From positions 70,866,001 to 70,930,000 of the forward strand of contig NC_042997.1 in NCBI RefSeq assembly GCF_006345805.1: a DNA stretch of 64,000 bases, in the 5' to 3' direction. The notes below the pieces were generated by a model. It saw nothing but the letters and a program-made list of their open reading frames with translations, did no database searches and was not told the DNA's origin. Origin of the DNA: Octopus sinensis (lineage: Eukaryota). Both the position numbers and the translations under genes were made by a program. Of this stretch, positions 27,179-39,680 are shown in pieces. The number at the start of each line of letters is the position of its first letter. Positions within the stretch are counted from its first letter, which is position 1.

Positions 27179-28386
27179 TCAGGCTGAGTGAAAAGTAAGC
27201 AACGTTTTGAAACATGAAATTCTTCACAATATATTTCAACAATGCGGAAATTTTATTCAACGAAGTAACTACAGTTACCATCAACACATTTTTGCCAATG
27301 CGATACAAGTTTGTTTATTCTAATAACATAAAAATCTGGAATTCTGGAGCTGATGAACTCATTGAACACATTTTCCGCATCAGTTTGATATTTGAACTCC
27401 TTTTCTCGCAGGAAACCACCAAAGTTCTTGAAAAAGTGAGAGTAGAAGAGGGGTCTGGGGTATAGGCTTAATGGGGGAAAACTGTGTTCCCTCAATTAAT
27501 GAAACGATTGGTCGAGCCTTATCATAAAGAATGAATGGCCCTCTTCTGTTGACCAGTCTGGGACGGAGACGTAGCAGTTTTTTTTTTTTTTTATTTTGGC
27601 AATCTCACAGAAATACGTTTCTGCTGTTATGGTTTCTTCCGGGTTTTAAGAAGTTATAGTGGAGGAGTCCAGCAGTACATCACCAAACAGTCATCATAAC
27701 CTTTTTGAAGAGCTCGGGTTTATGGTAGGTTTTCGGTGCTTCATTTTTGTCCAACCACTGTGAAGAACGTTTTTTTATTATCGTACGGAATCCACTTCTC
27801 ATCGTAGTTACAATACGGTTGAGAAATGGATAGGTCTGGTTACGGAGAAAAAGCGACGATCAAACTTCATATCTGTGCATTTTCTGATTTTCATTCAAAT
27901 CGTGTGGTACACATATGTTGAGCGTTTTTGATTTTCCGATCGCATGCAAATGGTTGCAGGCTGTTTTCTGGCTAACTTGAAGTTCTATTGCCAGTTCTCG
28001 AGTGGTTCTACGTGAATCATTCTCAATGACAGTTTTTTTTACCGTCATCGATGACAGATTGGTGTCCACTACCTTCATTTTCGAGCTAACCACTCACTGG
28101 TCCTTTTCTGACCAATCATTTCGTTGATATCACGATCAGTTTCAGTTGCTTTATATCCTTTTTTGAAGTTGAATAGCAAAATTGCTCGAATACCGCATTT
28201 TAACAGTTCCATTTCAGATTATTGTTACAACGTTGAAAAAGTATTGTTAATTTATTGATGAATTTGGGGAAGTCTATATCTGCATCAGCAGACTATTGCT
28301 AAAAAATGTTTTAAAACATTCAAAATTCTGCAAAAATCCAATACAGATTCTTCATGGTTCAAAAACGTTGCTTACTTTTTATTCAA

Positions 28387-28390
<4 letters not shown>
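27179..28390 (-). mobile_element. Near full-length degenerate mariner
   Basis: Imperfect TIRs sharing AAAAGTAAGCAACGTTTT; minus frames include IENDSRRTTRELAIELQVSQKTACNHLHAIGK and INKLVSHWQKCVD. Confidence 0.85.
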
Positions 28391-28469
<79 letters not shown>

Positions 28470-28498
28470 TGTATTTATATACAAAAAAATGTATATAT

Positions 28499-28898
28499 AC
28501 AGGCGCAGGAGTGGCTGTGTGGTAAGTAGCTTGTTTACGAACCACATGGTTCCGGGTTCAGTCCCACTGCGTGGCACCTTGGGCAAGTGTCTTCTACTAT
28601 AGGCTCCGCCGACCAAAGCCTTGTGAGTGGATTTGGTAGACGGAAGCTGAAAGAAGCCCGTTGTATATATGTATATATATATATATGTTTGTGTGTCTGT
28701 GTTTGTCCCCATAGCATTGCTTGACAACCGATGCTGGTGTGTTTACATCCTCGTCACTTAGCGGTTCGGCAAAGGAGACCGATAGAATAAGTACTAGGCT
28801 TACAAAGAATAAGTCTCGGGGTCGATTTGCTCGACTAAAGGTGGTGCTTCAGCATGGTCGCAGTCAAATGACTGAAACAAGTAAAATAGTAAAAGAGT
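28499..28898 (+). mobile_element. SINE family A, full length
   Basis: Nearly identical to 8132-8550. Confidence 0.92.
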
Positions 28899-28911
28899 AA
28901 TATATACATAC

Positions 28912-28994
<83 letters not shown>

Positions 28995-29263
28995 CATGCA
29001 CACACACATACATATATATATATTATCGTTTACTTTCTTGGTGCTCTGATGTTGGCCGCAAGGTTGCAGCGCGACCGAAGATCGATGGACAAAGGCAAAG
29101 GGAGATAATCACCTAGAGTGTTGCCCTTAAAAATGAAGCTTTTCCCCTTGTATATTTTAAAGAGGCCTCGGGCCAGCATTGTTTGGGGTTTGAAGATACC
29201 CCGTTAGGCTAAACCCCTTATGAGCGAGAAACTCAGGGTAATCCCATAAACCGACCAAACCCT

Positions 29264-29328
<65 letters not shown>

Positions 29329-29339
29329 CCTTTGTCTTA

Positions 29340-30300
29340 TGAATTGTAAGATGTTTACGACGTTAATATTAGGTGTCTGGTACTTTGTGTATTGGTGTAT
29401 AGGTCTTGGTGATTTATTGATTGTTGTAACTTACCCCAACATTTGATGAAGTCTTTTGCGTGTTATGGTTACATTAGAAATCCTATGGAAGTCATCATTT
29501 AATATCATATTTACGCTTTAATGCTTACTTATTTAATGGACATTTGATACTTCTAAACATTTTTAGTATTAAAACCCACAATATGTGGCGCTCGTATTTG
29601 CCTATGAAGAAAGAGACATTCTTCTTTGATAGCAAAATATGTTTTGGGGTATAAATTTCCAGAACATTTTGAGGCCCTTTTGTGATACAGGTTTTCGGAG
29701 CCTTTCTGATGCTGACTGGGGCACGGATAAAGCACTTTTCAGCATCTAGGGATCCTATTATCTAAAGTCATTGAATAGAGTGAAAGATATTATGAAACTT
29801 ACCCTGCGTGAGATCGTATATTTTCTGAGAATGTACGCTTGTATTATGTTAAATTCTTTTGCTCTATTATTTGTTAGGATATTACTTGGTGTATGAAGCA
29901 ACTAAAGGAGTAATGTTTTCATGTTTGTATAATACAGATAAGTATTATAGCGTGTATTCCCTTGTAAATGTGGGTACAAGGGTGTGTTTTGTTTGTACAG
30001 CGTTAACTTTATGCGACAAGTCTGTTAAGTTTTGTTTTGAGTTGCTGGGTGGAGATTTTTTTATTGATGTAATTTTGTAGATGTCATTTACAATTCTTGT
30101 ACTTTTCCAACGGAGCTTTTGATCTTTATGAAAACAAATGACTGGCTTTTGTTCGCCTTTTGATCGTAATGCCCTTGTTATTTACTGGTAATTTTCCATC
30201 TGTTAAAGCATGGCATTTGTTATCATAACACCGATTTTTATAATTTTGTGAAATTAATATTAATATCATTGAATTTTCATGTAACTCATAATTTATTGTA
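29340..30300 (-). mobile_element. Possible decayed LINE 3' region
   Basis: Broken frames with PRC-KC and E-LYH remnants suggest a C-terminal zinc knuckle; weak. Confidence 0.25.
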
Positions 30301-30670
30301 AATAAGGTGTATATATTTGATAGAATAAAAATAAAACATTACATGCGCTATACTGTCGACAAACAAGTGATTAAATGTGATGCACTGCAACTGACTGGAA
30401 ACATTTCAGAGAGGTATCACAAGTAAGTATTGTAAAGATAGTATCATTTGCAAAGGTATTGATAGAGAAATGGTCTTCCTGAGTATATTGAACAGTTTTG
30501 GAGGTAAGATTATACTGAATAATTTAAAGAATTATCTTAAATTTAAATCTTATATCTTATATTTAGATGTTTCCAAAATGTTTTATATAACTTTTAATAT
30601 ATTTATACTTCAATTTTATTCTAGGTTTACTAAATATGCTCTAAAACAGCGACTATAATTTGTCAACATA

Positions 30671-30842
30671 TAGGTGCAAGCGTTGCTGTATGGTTAGAAA
30701 CCTGCTTCAAAACCACATGGTTCCGGGTTCACTCCAACTGCTTGGCACTTTGGGCAAGTATCTTCTATTATAGCCTCGAACAGAGTAATTTTAATGGATT
30801 TGGTAGACGGAAACTGAAAGAAGCCCGTCGTGTTTGTGTGTG

Positions 30843-30897
<55 letters not shown>

Positions 30898-30922
30898 TGT
30901 GTGTGTGTATGTGTGTGTGTGT

Positions 30923-30983
<61 letters not shown>

Positions 30984-31192
30984 TGTGTTTGTCCCTCCAC
31001 CATCACTTGACAACCGAAATTGATGCATTTACATCTCTGTAACTTATCGGTTAGCCAAAAGAGACCTATACAATGAGGACTATGCTGACAAAGAATAAGC
31101 TCCGGGATCGGTTTCTTCGACTAAAGCCCTTTAGGGCGGTACTCCATTATGGCCACAGTCAAATGACTGAAACAAGATAAAGAATAAAAGAA
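30671..31192 (+). mobile_element. Diverged SINE family A with an expanded central (TG)n of about 150 bp
   Basis: Head CCACATGGTTCCGGGTTC...TTGGGCAAGT and tail CAGTCAAATGACTGAAACAAG. Confidence 0.85.
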
Positions 31193-32844
31193 TATATGCT
31201 GAGTAATATTTAATTTCTTAATACAAAATTTCGTTAAAATATTTCTGACACTAATTCACAACTAACGCTACGTATATTTACTTTATTATATGTATTTTTA
31301 AACGTTTTGCATAGAGGTAACTAATATCTTCAGTTTTATTAAAATTGCAAGAGGATTACAATTACTGACGATATACTTTATTATATAGAATTAAATATCG
31401 TACTTAATGGATAGCATATAGAGTGACTATTGTAGATTTGGACACTTACGTTAAACAAAGTTATTTTCTGGAAATATAATTAGATGCTACAATAGGATTT
31501 AAAGTTATCTGGAAAGACACATTTTGACTCGTTTATTTCTCTTCTTTAAAGGAATTCGTCTCCTACGAACAATATCTGCTTCCAAATGACATTTTGATGC
31601 TAAAGGAAATGAAACTGCGATTCTTTTATTACCAGACATATATGCTCTGTTTTTAACATTGAGATTTAGCCTAATATTTACTTTAGAGAAGTCAGTATTC
31701 ATAAAAGTGTAGATGCATTTTCTAATTTAATGTGGTGAAAGTAATTAGATTATAAATGTTGCAGGGATATTTTTATTGATGATATTTCATTACAATTGCT
31801 ATGTAAACTGAGATTTGAAGATATGATATTTCTATATCTCTGCTATACATGAGGTATATAAACGGAGCGAAATTGGAAGCTATGGATCTTCTTATGCTTG
31901 CAAAAGAAATTAAATGTGGTTAACTGGATGCTTACAACAGATCAAGAAATATAAACTGTAGAACAAAATGCTGCATTAATTTTATTTTACTTATACTTTG
32001 GATTAGAGGAAGTTGAGTGCAGTGGAAAGCAATGTATCGTTATTTAATGTACTCTTATGTACATGGTTCTTATACAGAACTACTTCAAATAGGTGTGATA
32101 GCTGATCGCTAAAGATTAGCTTGATTAGCTATTTTATTTACGTCTTTTGTGAAAGATTAGTCCTTTCGTTTAATATCGTATAGAAATAAAAAGAATAACA
32201 GTGCCACCCATGAAGATATTGTATTATAAAGAAGCCAGCTATGTATATTTATGACATGTAACCGACAATAAACTTCCTTAAATTTAAAATAATTCTTCAT
32301 AATTCATTGTTATCTGCTCCAAACCCAACAGCGACTGCCACTATCATTGTCATCATATTCATTGGCTTCATACTCATTATTAGTACCAATATAACTACAG
32401 CAATAACATTAATATGAGAATAATTCGACAATAATAAATAATACTTCCACGTTACATACATATATATAGATATATAAGTATGCATATTTGTATTTTCTCA
32501 TCGACATTAGATACTGTTTAAATCTTCAATATCGTTTAAATTTTCAGTAGCTGATCAAATTTTAAATTATACAAACATAAATAGGTGTATATCTATATAT
32601 GTGTTATATAATGTGCAGGTGTTTCATAAGTCAGAGAACAATTTAAGCGTTGATTAAATCTGCAAAAAATGCGGGATTATAAGGATCATAAAGAAGATGA
32701 AGGCTTAGATAATGTATGAAAGTGCATTAGGATAATATTAGTGAATTCATCCGCTTTAATTATTATAACGTAACTGCGAATGAGTGTACATGAAATTGTT
32801 CTCACTTCGTTTTATTACATACACATATTTTGGTTTCAAATATT

Positions 32845-33045
32845 GGTACAAGGCCAGCAATTTCAGAGGAGGGAGCAAGTCAATTACATCGACCCTAGTT
32901 TTCTACTGGTACTTATTTTATCGAACCGAAAGTATAAAAGGCAAAGTCGGCCACGGCGAAGTTGGAACTCAGAACGTTCAAAGATGATCGAAATGCTGCT
33001 AAGTACTTTTCCCGACGTGCTAGCCAAACTGCCATCTCACCGTTT
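32845..33045 (-). mobile_element. SINE family B
   Basis: Contains ACTGGTACTTATTTTATCGA and GGAACTCAGAACGT; reverse-complement match to 44705-44905. Confidence 0.75.
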
Positions 33046-33124
33046 TCAGATACTCATGTATTAAAAGTTATATTCCAAGTAACAAGTTACATTCTTAGAT
33101 ACATAAACAAACAAAATCATACAT

Positions 33125-33221
<97 letters not shown>

Positions 33222-33879
33222 ATTTTGTTTGTTTATGTATGTATGTATGTAATATTCAGATGCATATATGACAATATATATTGAATCTTGTTTTGAAATC
33301 CAGATATCCTAGTATTTTCTATAATATAAACTTAACGTTACAAGCTGCTGATGATCTGTATCAATAATTTGTGAGTTTAAAATGCTTACACTTCCGGTTC
33401 TTAAATCATATCTCAATACAACATTCAGCTGACGAAGCTGGAACTATTGCTTGGTGGACTGTTCTCAACCAATAGAAGAATCACCGGCTGCCCTAGAATA
33501 CTCCAAAATCAAAATATCTGATCAGGAAACATCAAATTATACATCGATTTATCTGACCTCTCCCGTCCCCTCTCACCACTACAACAATTGCAAGCATATC
33601 GAGAATCATCAGCATTCTTCGGCAGCTATACGCCCACACATCTAGTTTGTCCCCTTGATTGCCTATAATAGTTGCGTCAAACTAAACTCGTCTTAAACTA
33701 CCACAATAAACTGATTCACCCGTTCCTATCCTATTCTAATACTACTCATTCTCAATTGATTTACTCTGTCTCCTAGATGATTCCAATTCTAATTTATTAC
33801 GGTCATCGAACACATAATCACTAGTGTACAGCACAATGAAGGATTATTAACCGTATAATTTTTTTAACTTCCTTCTCTC

Positions 33880-34945
33880 ACATGACCCAAGCTTCAATAG
33901 CAACATATGAATTCATCTTTGATCGTAATATTTTCTCACCCTGCTTGTACATTCACTACTGGTCATTTGCCTCATGACTTTATGTTTCATTTCATCTACT
34001 ACCAGTATTCCTAAATACTGTCCTTTCTCAGCTGCTTTCATTGTTTGCACACTTGATATTTCAATTCCCTGGATTAATTTAAATCTTCCTAGTTTCGTTA
34101 TCAATATAGCGCGTGTTCAATCCCAAATTCCATATCTACATCATTTGAGTAAATGCGAACAGCATAAAGCTTTTTATCATCCACGAAAACATGATATGTC
34201 TCACCTTTTTCCAAATATAGGGTATTTTGACTTCTAGTAATATCAAACTAAGTGGTGTCATGGACAATACACATAATAATGGAGATAAGCTATCACCTTG
34301 AAATATACCACGTCTGCTGTTCACTTATTCAAATCTTGGTTTTCCTCTAATCAATTCAGTATTCTAATATTTCATACATTCACTGACCATTTTCTTCTTA
34401 GTTTTCGCCACTCTAAACATGTTTATTTTGTTACTTATCCCATTGTGCAGTTACGTGTCATATGTGCAGTTACGTGTCCAGCGATGCTATATCAAATTCC
34501 ATCAATATCGTCTACAAATTCTAATTATCATTTCATCAACTATGTGGCTTTTGTCAGCAGGCAGAATCGTTATCAACTTCTAACTGGTCTTTAGTTGCCC
34601 TAATTTGCTTCCTGCACTCTTTCTATTCTACTGGAAGTAATTTTCACTTTCTAGATGATCATCTAACATTTCCGCAGTCATAAATTTCCATATCAGTGTT
34701 AAACAGGTTATAGACTGAAAATTCGATACCAATTTGCGTTCCAAGGCTCCTTGGGATATGACAATGTTTGTTCAGGTAGGGACTTGTCCCGATGCAGGTA
34801 TTCATCAAAGTATGCAGTGATGCTTTCATACAACTGTAAAATCCTTCAGCTAATAACCATGTACCCAATTTGCAATTTACTTTAAACTTCAGTCTCACTG
34901 AATAGAGATCAGTTCTGAGGTCTTTTTCACTTGGTACATTTGGAA
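33880..34945 (-). mobile_element. Old degenerate R4/Dong-clade RT fragment
   Basis: CRKQIRATKDQL, RRGIFQGDSLSPLL and QYLGIL motifs, homologous to but diverged from the copy at 39681-43855. Confidence 0.8.
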
Positions 34946-34949
34946 GAAG

Positions 34950-35277
34950 CTTCTTCTTCTTCTTCTTCTTCTTCTTCTTCTTCTTCTTCTTCTTCTTCTT
35001 CTTCTCTTCTTCTTCTTTTCTTCTTCTTCTTCTTCTTCTTCTTCTCTTCTTCTTCTCTTCTTCTTCTTCTCTTCTTCTTCTTCTTTTCTTCTTCTTCTTC
35101 TTTTCTTCTTCTTCTTCTTCTTCTTCTCTTCTCTTCTTCTTCTTCTTCTTCTTCTTCTTCTTCTTCTTCTTCTTCTTCTTCTTCTTCTTCTTCTTCTTCT
35201 TCTTCTTCTTCTTCTTCTTCTTCTTCTTCTTCTTCTTCTTCTTCTTCTTCTTCTTCTTCTTCTTCTTCTTCTTCTTC
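34950..35277. repeat. (TTC)n/(GAA)n tract, about 109 units, partly interrupted
   Basis: Read directly; source of the poly-K/E/R/S ORFs. Confidence 0.97.
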
Positions 35278-35349
35278 CTTCGTAACACAGTGTAGGTAAA
35301 AATGCACCGGTGTGTTTAGTCATCCGTTTAGTCACAAAAAGGACCTCAG

Positions 35350-35580
35350 TTGTAATAGTCCATAACCTTCCTCTTTTCCTGGCAGATAAAGTCGATCTTC
35401 TGATCCTTTCCATCATGACTGAATGTTTGATTCCGTCCCCTTCAATTACCCCTAGGTATTTGTAGCTCTCCGCTGGTTGTAACTCTTTTATGACATTCTG
35501 CTGGTCAAGGTTAACGTTAGATGTTTCTATCATTTTTTCTTTGATAAAAGTAGCTTCTGTACATTTATCAAGGTCAAATG
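35350..35580 (-). mobile_element. R4/Dong RT fragment with an internal deletion of about 200 bp
   Basis: ETSNVNLDQQNVIKELQPAESYKYLGVIEGDGIKHS is joined directly to the LYLPRK-EG segment. Confidence 0.85.
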
Positions 35581-35584
35581 ATTA

Positions 35585-37464
35585 AAAAAAGTACAAAAAA
35601 AAAACAACGAAAATTATGTTTGTTTTAAAACTTAAGATTACATAGAAAGTATTTTGCGTAGGATATGAGCAGTTCCCATGAGCACTATCTTTTGAATTTC
35701 TGCCATTTTGGGGTTTCCTGGTATCTGAGTTAGGTAGGGATCAGCCCCTTTTGCTATCATTCCCAGGGCACCTATGACAACAGGTATTGCTTTAGTCTTC
35801 AGCTTCCACATTTTGCTGATTTCTATTTCAAGATCTTTATATTTGCTCAGTTTCTGGTAGGTCTTGACAGATATGTTTGTATCGATTGGGACAGTCATAT
35901 CAATGAGGAGGCATGTTCTTTATTTGAAGTCTTTCAATATGATGTCTGGCCTATTTGCATCTATCTTTCTGTCAGTTTGAATGGGGAAGTTCCAGAGGAG
36001 TGAGATGTGGTCATTTTCAAGCACTGGAGGTGGTTTGTGTTCCCACCAGTTTTTTTCATGGAGCAAATCCAGGTTTCTGCAGATTATCCAGTGAATATAT
36101 TGTGCAGCTCTATCATGCCTGTTGAGATACTCTGTAGGCGCTAGAAGACTGCATTTGGAGACAACATGATCAATGGTTTCATTTTGTTGTTGACATACAC
36201 GACATGTTGGGCTACTGCCGTTCTTTAATATGTTGGCCTGGTAGTTCCTTGTTGGTAGGCATTGATCTGTTTTAGATTTTAAGCCAGAGGCCATTAGCCA
36301 TTGATGGGTCAGGGCTTTGTCAACATCTGCATTATTCGTTCTATTTGGGTATTTGCCACAGAGAGGTTTTTCTTGCCATTTATCATTCAGAATATCTAAG
36401 GCAGCAGTTTTAGCACGGGTTTTCATGCGTTTAGCTTTTCTGTGCTTGTTTCTTGTATGTCTAATTCCGAAATTTGTTGTTTTCGGAATTCATTTAGATA
36501 TTCCTATGCCTGTTTTGTTACTGAGTATGATGCTTTCTTGTTTTCATGTTTTGAGACAAGTTTTAACATCCAGTCCTCAGAGTTTTTCAGATAGGTGTCT
36601 AGGCCAATTGTAGCAACCTTCATTGTTATTGCCAGTTGTAAAAGTCCACGGCCTCCCTGTTTTCTATATCAGCCTTAGGGTGGTGCATTCTATGCATTGT
36701 CAACAGTTTTCGTATTTTTCTGTCAAGATTACATATTTCAGTAATTGACCAGTTAACGATATTGAAACTGTAAGTCACGACTGGTGTGGCTAAAGCATTG
36801 ATCACTTCGATCTTCTTTCTCGCATTCAGCTTTGTCTTGAGTATTGCTCTTACTCTGCGATAACATTCTCTCCTGATCCTTTCCTTCATCACTGAATGTC
36901 TTATTCCGTCCCCTTCAATTACCCCTAGGTACTTGTAGGCTCTCCGCTGGGTCTAATTCTTTTATGACATTCTGCTGGTCAAGGTTAACGTTAGATGTTT
37001 CTGTCATTTTTCCTTTGATAAAGGTAGCTTTTGCATATTTATCGAGGCCAGAGTGCATTCTGATGTCATCACTGAATTTGGTTAACATTCGCTAGTAAGC
37101 CCTTGAGTTGTTGGTCGTTTTTTGCAAAGAGCTTTAAATCATCCATGTAAATGAGATGATTTATATTGTTATCAAACATCTTATATCCGTACTGCGCGTC
37201 ATTGAGCAATTTTGAGAGAGGTATCAAGGCTAAACAAAAGAGGAGTGGTGATAGTGAGTCACCCTGGAAAATGCCACATGAAATTTTTACATCACCAGCA
37301 TTTAGAGATTCATTGTCTCTGTTCAAAGTTAGTGTGGTTCTCCATGATCTCATACTTACAGACAAAAAGTCTCGCAGAGTAGGTGCAATTTTATACATTA
37401 CCAGGCATTTCTTAATCCAGTTATGTGGTAGGCTATCAAAAGCTTTTTCATAGTCTATCCAGGC
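35585..37464 (-). mobile_element. R4/Dong-clade non-LTR retrotransposon, 5'-truncated, frameshifted
   Basis: GIFQGDSLSP, YMDDLKL, CCHC knuckle CRVC...H...C, and RLE motifs RPDII...LIDMTVP. High identity to the copy at 39681-43855. Confidence 0.95.
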
Positions 37465-37535
<71 letters not shown>

Positions 37536-38090
37536 GAGTGAGCGAGCAGAGCATGCCATCAAAGTGACACTGGGGTAAAATATACGAAGCCCAGTATACC
37601 CATCATGACTACCCGTCCGATAAGGGCACACCAGGCACATGCATCACAACCATATGTGCGCGACATGGTGATCTCATATCAAGATAAACAGCACATGACC
37701 TTGCAGGTGGAGCCCAGTTAGAATTTTCTTCAGATCGAGTAACCCATCCCGCTCAAAAGGTCCCTGAATAAGGGTTGTTTAAGGACGTTGAACGAAACAC
37801 CTATGTTTCCAGAGGTGAATTATTCAAACCCCAAAGAATCCTTCTCAACACATGGCTATGATGCTCCCCCACTACTTCTGCTCGTGATCAGAGATGCACA
37901 TATCGTCAGCCACTAAGGGACATGCTCAACTGGTTAAGGTCAAACAACTGACAAGCAAATCTGTGGTATTGAGCAGAATATTTGCTGTAGCCCATCTTTT
38001 ATACCAAAACAAAACAATGTACATGATAACACTTCCAATCAGTTAAGATCAGAAGCCATGAGAGCCACTGCCTGGTACTGCATCAGGGCA
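37536..38090 (-). mobile_element. 555-bp non-coding element flanked by (TAA)n, copy 1 (putative non-autonomous partner)
   Basis: Bounded by TTA arrays; differs from copy 2 at 5 positions by eye. Orientation is inferred from an (AAT)n tail. Confidence 0.7.
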
Positions 38091-38103
38091 GTTATTATTG
38101 TTG

Positions 38104-38138
<35 letters not shown>

Positions 38139-38692
38139 GAGTGAGCGAGCAGAGCATGCCATCAAAGTGACACTGGGGTAAAATATACGAAGCCCAGTAT
38201 ACCCATCATGACTACCCGTCTGATAAGGGTACACCAGGCACATGCATCACAACCATATGTGCGCGACATGGTGATCTCATATCAAGATAAACAGCACATG
38301 ACCTTGCAGGTGGAGCCCAGTTAGAATTTTCTTCAGATCGAGTAACCCATCCCGCTCAAAAGGTCCCTGAATAAGGGTTGTTTAAGGACGTTGAACGAAA
38401 CACCTATGTTTCCAGAGGTGAATTATTCAAACCCCAAAGAATCCTTCTCAACACATGGCTATGATGCTCCCCCACTACTTCTGCTCGTGATCAGAGATGC
38501 ACATATCGTCAGCCACTAAGGGGCATGCTCAACTGGTTAAGGTCAAACAACTGACAAGCAAATCTGTGGTAGTGAGCAGAATATTTGCTGTAGCCCATCT
38601 TTTATACCAAGACAAAACAATGTACATGATAACACTTCCAATCAGTTAAGATCAGAAGCCATGAGAGCCACTGCCTGGTACTGCATCAGGGC

Positions 38693-38693
<1 letters not shown>
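38139..38693 (-). mobile_element. 555-bp element, copy 2 (tandem)
   Basis: About 99% identical to 37536-38090. Confidence 0.7.
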
Positions 38694-38754
<61 letters not shown>

Positions 38755-38756
<2 letters not shown>

Positions 38757-38870
38757 ATGGTCCCACCTGCAAGGTCACGTGCTGTTAAGCTTGATATTAT
38801 ATCAGCATGCCGCGCATATAAGGCTGTGAGGCATGTGCCTGGTGTACCCTTATTAGACGACTAGTCATAC
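38755..38870 (+). mobile_element. Older, inverted fragment of the 555-bp element family
   Basis: CCACCTGCAAGGTCACGTGCTG...GCATGTGCCTGGTGTACCCTTAT is the reverse complement of about 38205-38325. Confidence 0.75.
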
Positions 38871-39269
38871 ATTCTAACGATGAAAAGAGAGGGCAATTTC
38901 AACGAATAATAATTCATTCCAGCTACATATAAATTGCTGCAAATAAATGGTTACAACAGTGGTGACCCCATCGTTAGACACAATACATACAAACAGGAGA
39001 CTAGTTGCTAAGTCGAATATCTTTGTGGTGTGAACTTCTCAGTGAGTCGGCTGTTGGTATGCCAGATATAAAAAAAAAACATTACAAACGGGACATTGGA
39101 GCACATACATTAGGGTAACCTAATGTATGTGCAGTGGAAGTATTCTCTAATGAGGAAAGTGGTGTGGTTATGTTCCCTCAGAAAGGTGGTATTAGAAAGG
39201 AAAGGGCATGTAGGAAAGTGAAGGAAGGAGCAGGGGAAGAATGCGAGTGGGGACATGGTATGGAAGCAA

Positions 39270-39560
39270 TATCCTGTTCAATATTTATCAATTAGCACGT
39301 ATTTTTTCCCTAACCTTTGCTTATTATGACCGGATGATTCGTTCCGATCTCTTTGTCGGTTTGAACCGGCATATCTGAAATCATTGTAGTCTGATCGTTG
39401 TCCTGAACCTTGTTTGGTACATGTTTATAACAGTTTTTGCTTGCTTCTATGTAGCAGTGTTGGCATAATGTTCAATGAATATAACTAATTACGCGGTATA
39501 TGTTAGAATTTGGGAATAATTTTTAGCGTTCATTTCAAATTCTGTATTTTCTCGGAAGAA
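39270..39560 (-). mobile_element. Old R4/Dong RLE-domain fragment
   Basis: Minus strand encodes VQTDKEIGTNHPVII, comparable to IQTDRKIDANRPDII in the young copy. Confidence 0.55.
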
Positions 39561-39577
39561 GCCATTGTGTTTCCCTG

Positions 39578-39664
<87 letters not shown>

Positions 39665-39680
39665 TATTATTATTATTATT

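Noticed and set aside
37865-37895. U1 snRNA-like words GATCACGA and GTAGTGGGGGA in the 555-bp element (minus strand)
   Set aside because: Only 8- and 11-nt matches, and the intervening U1 sequence and Sm site are absent. An Rfam search would settle it.
37880-37920. CTGACGA on the minus strand of the 555-bp element as a hammerhead core
   Set aside because: It is followed by GAAG rather than GAAA, and no valid NUH site or stems could be built.
37465-38753. Repeat-unit-repeat layout resembling a CRISPR array
   Set aside because: The units are near-identical 555-bp copies between microsatellites in a eukaryotic genome; there are no unique spacers or cas genes.
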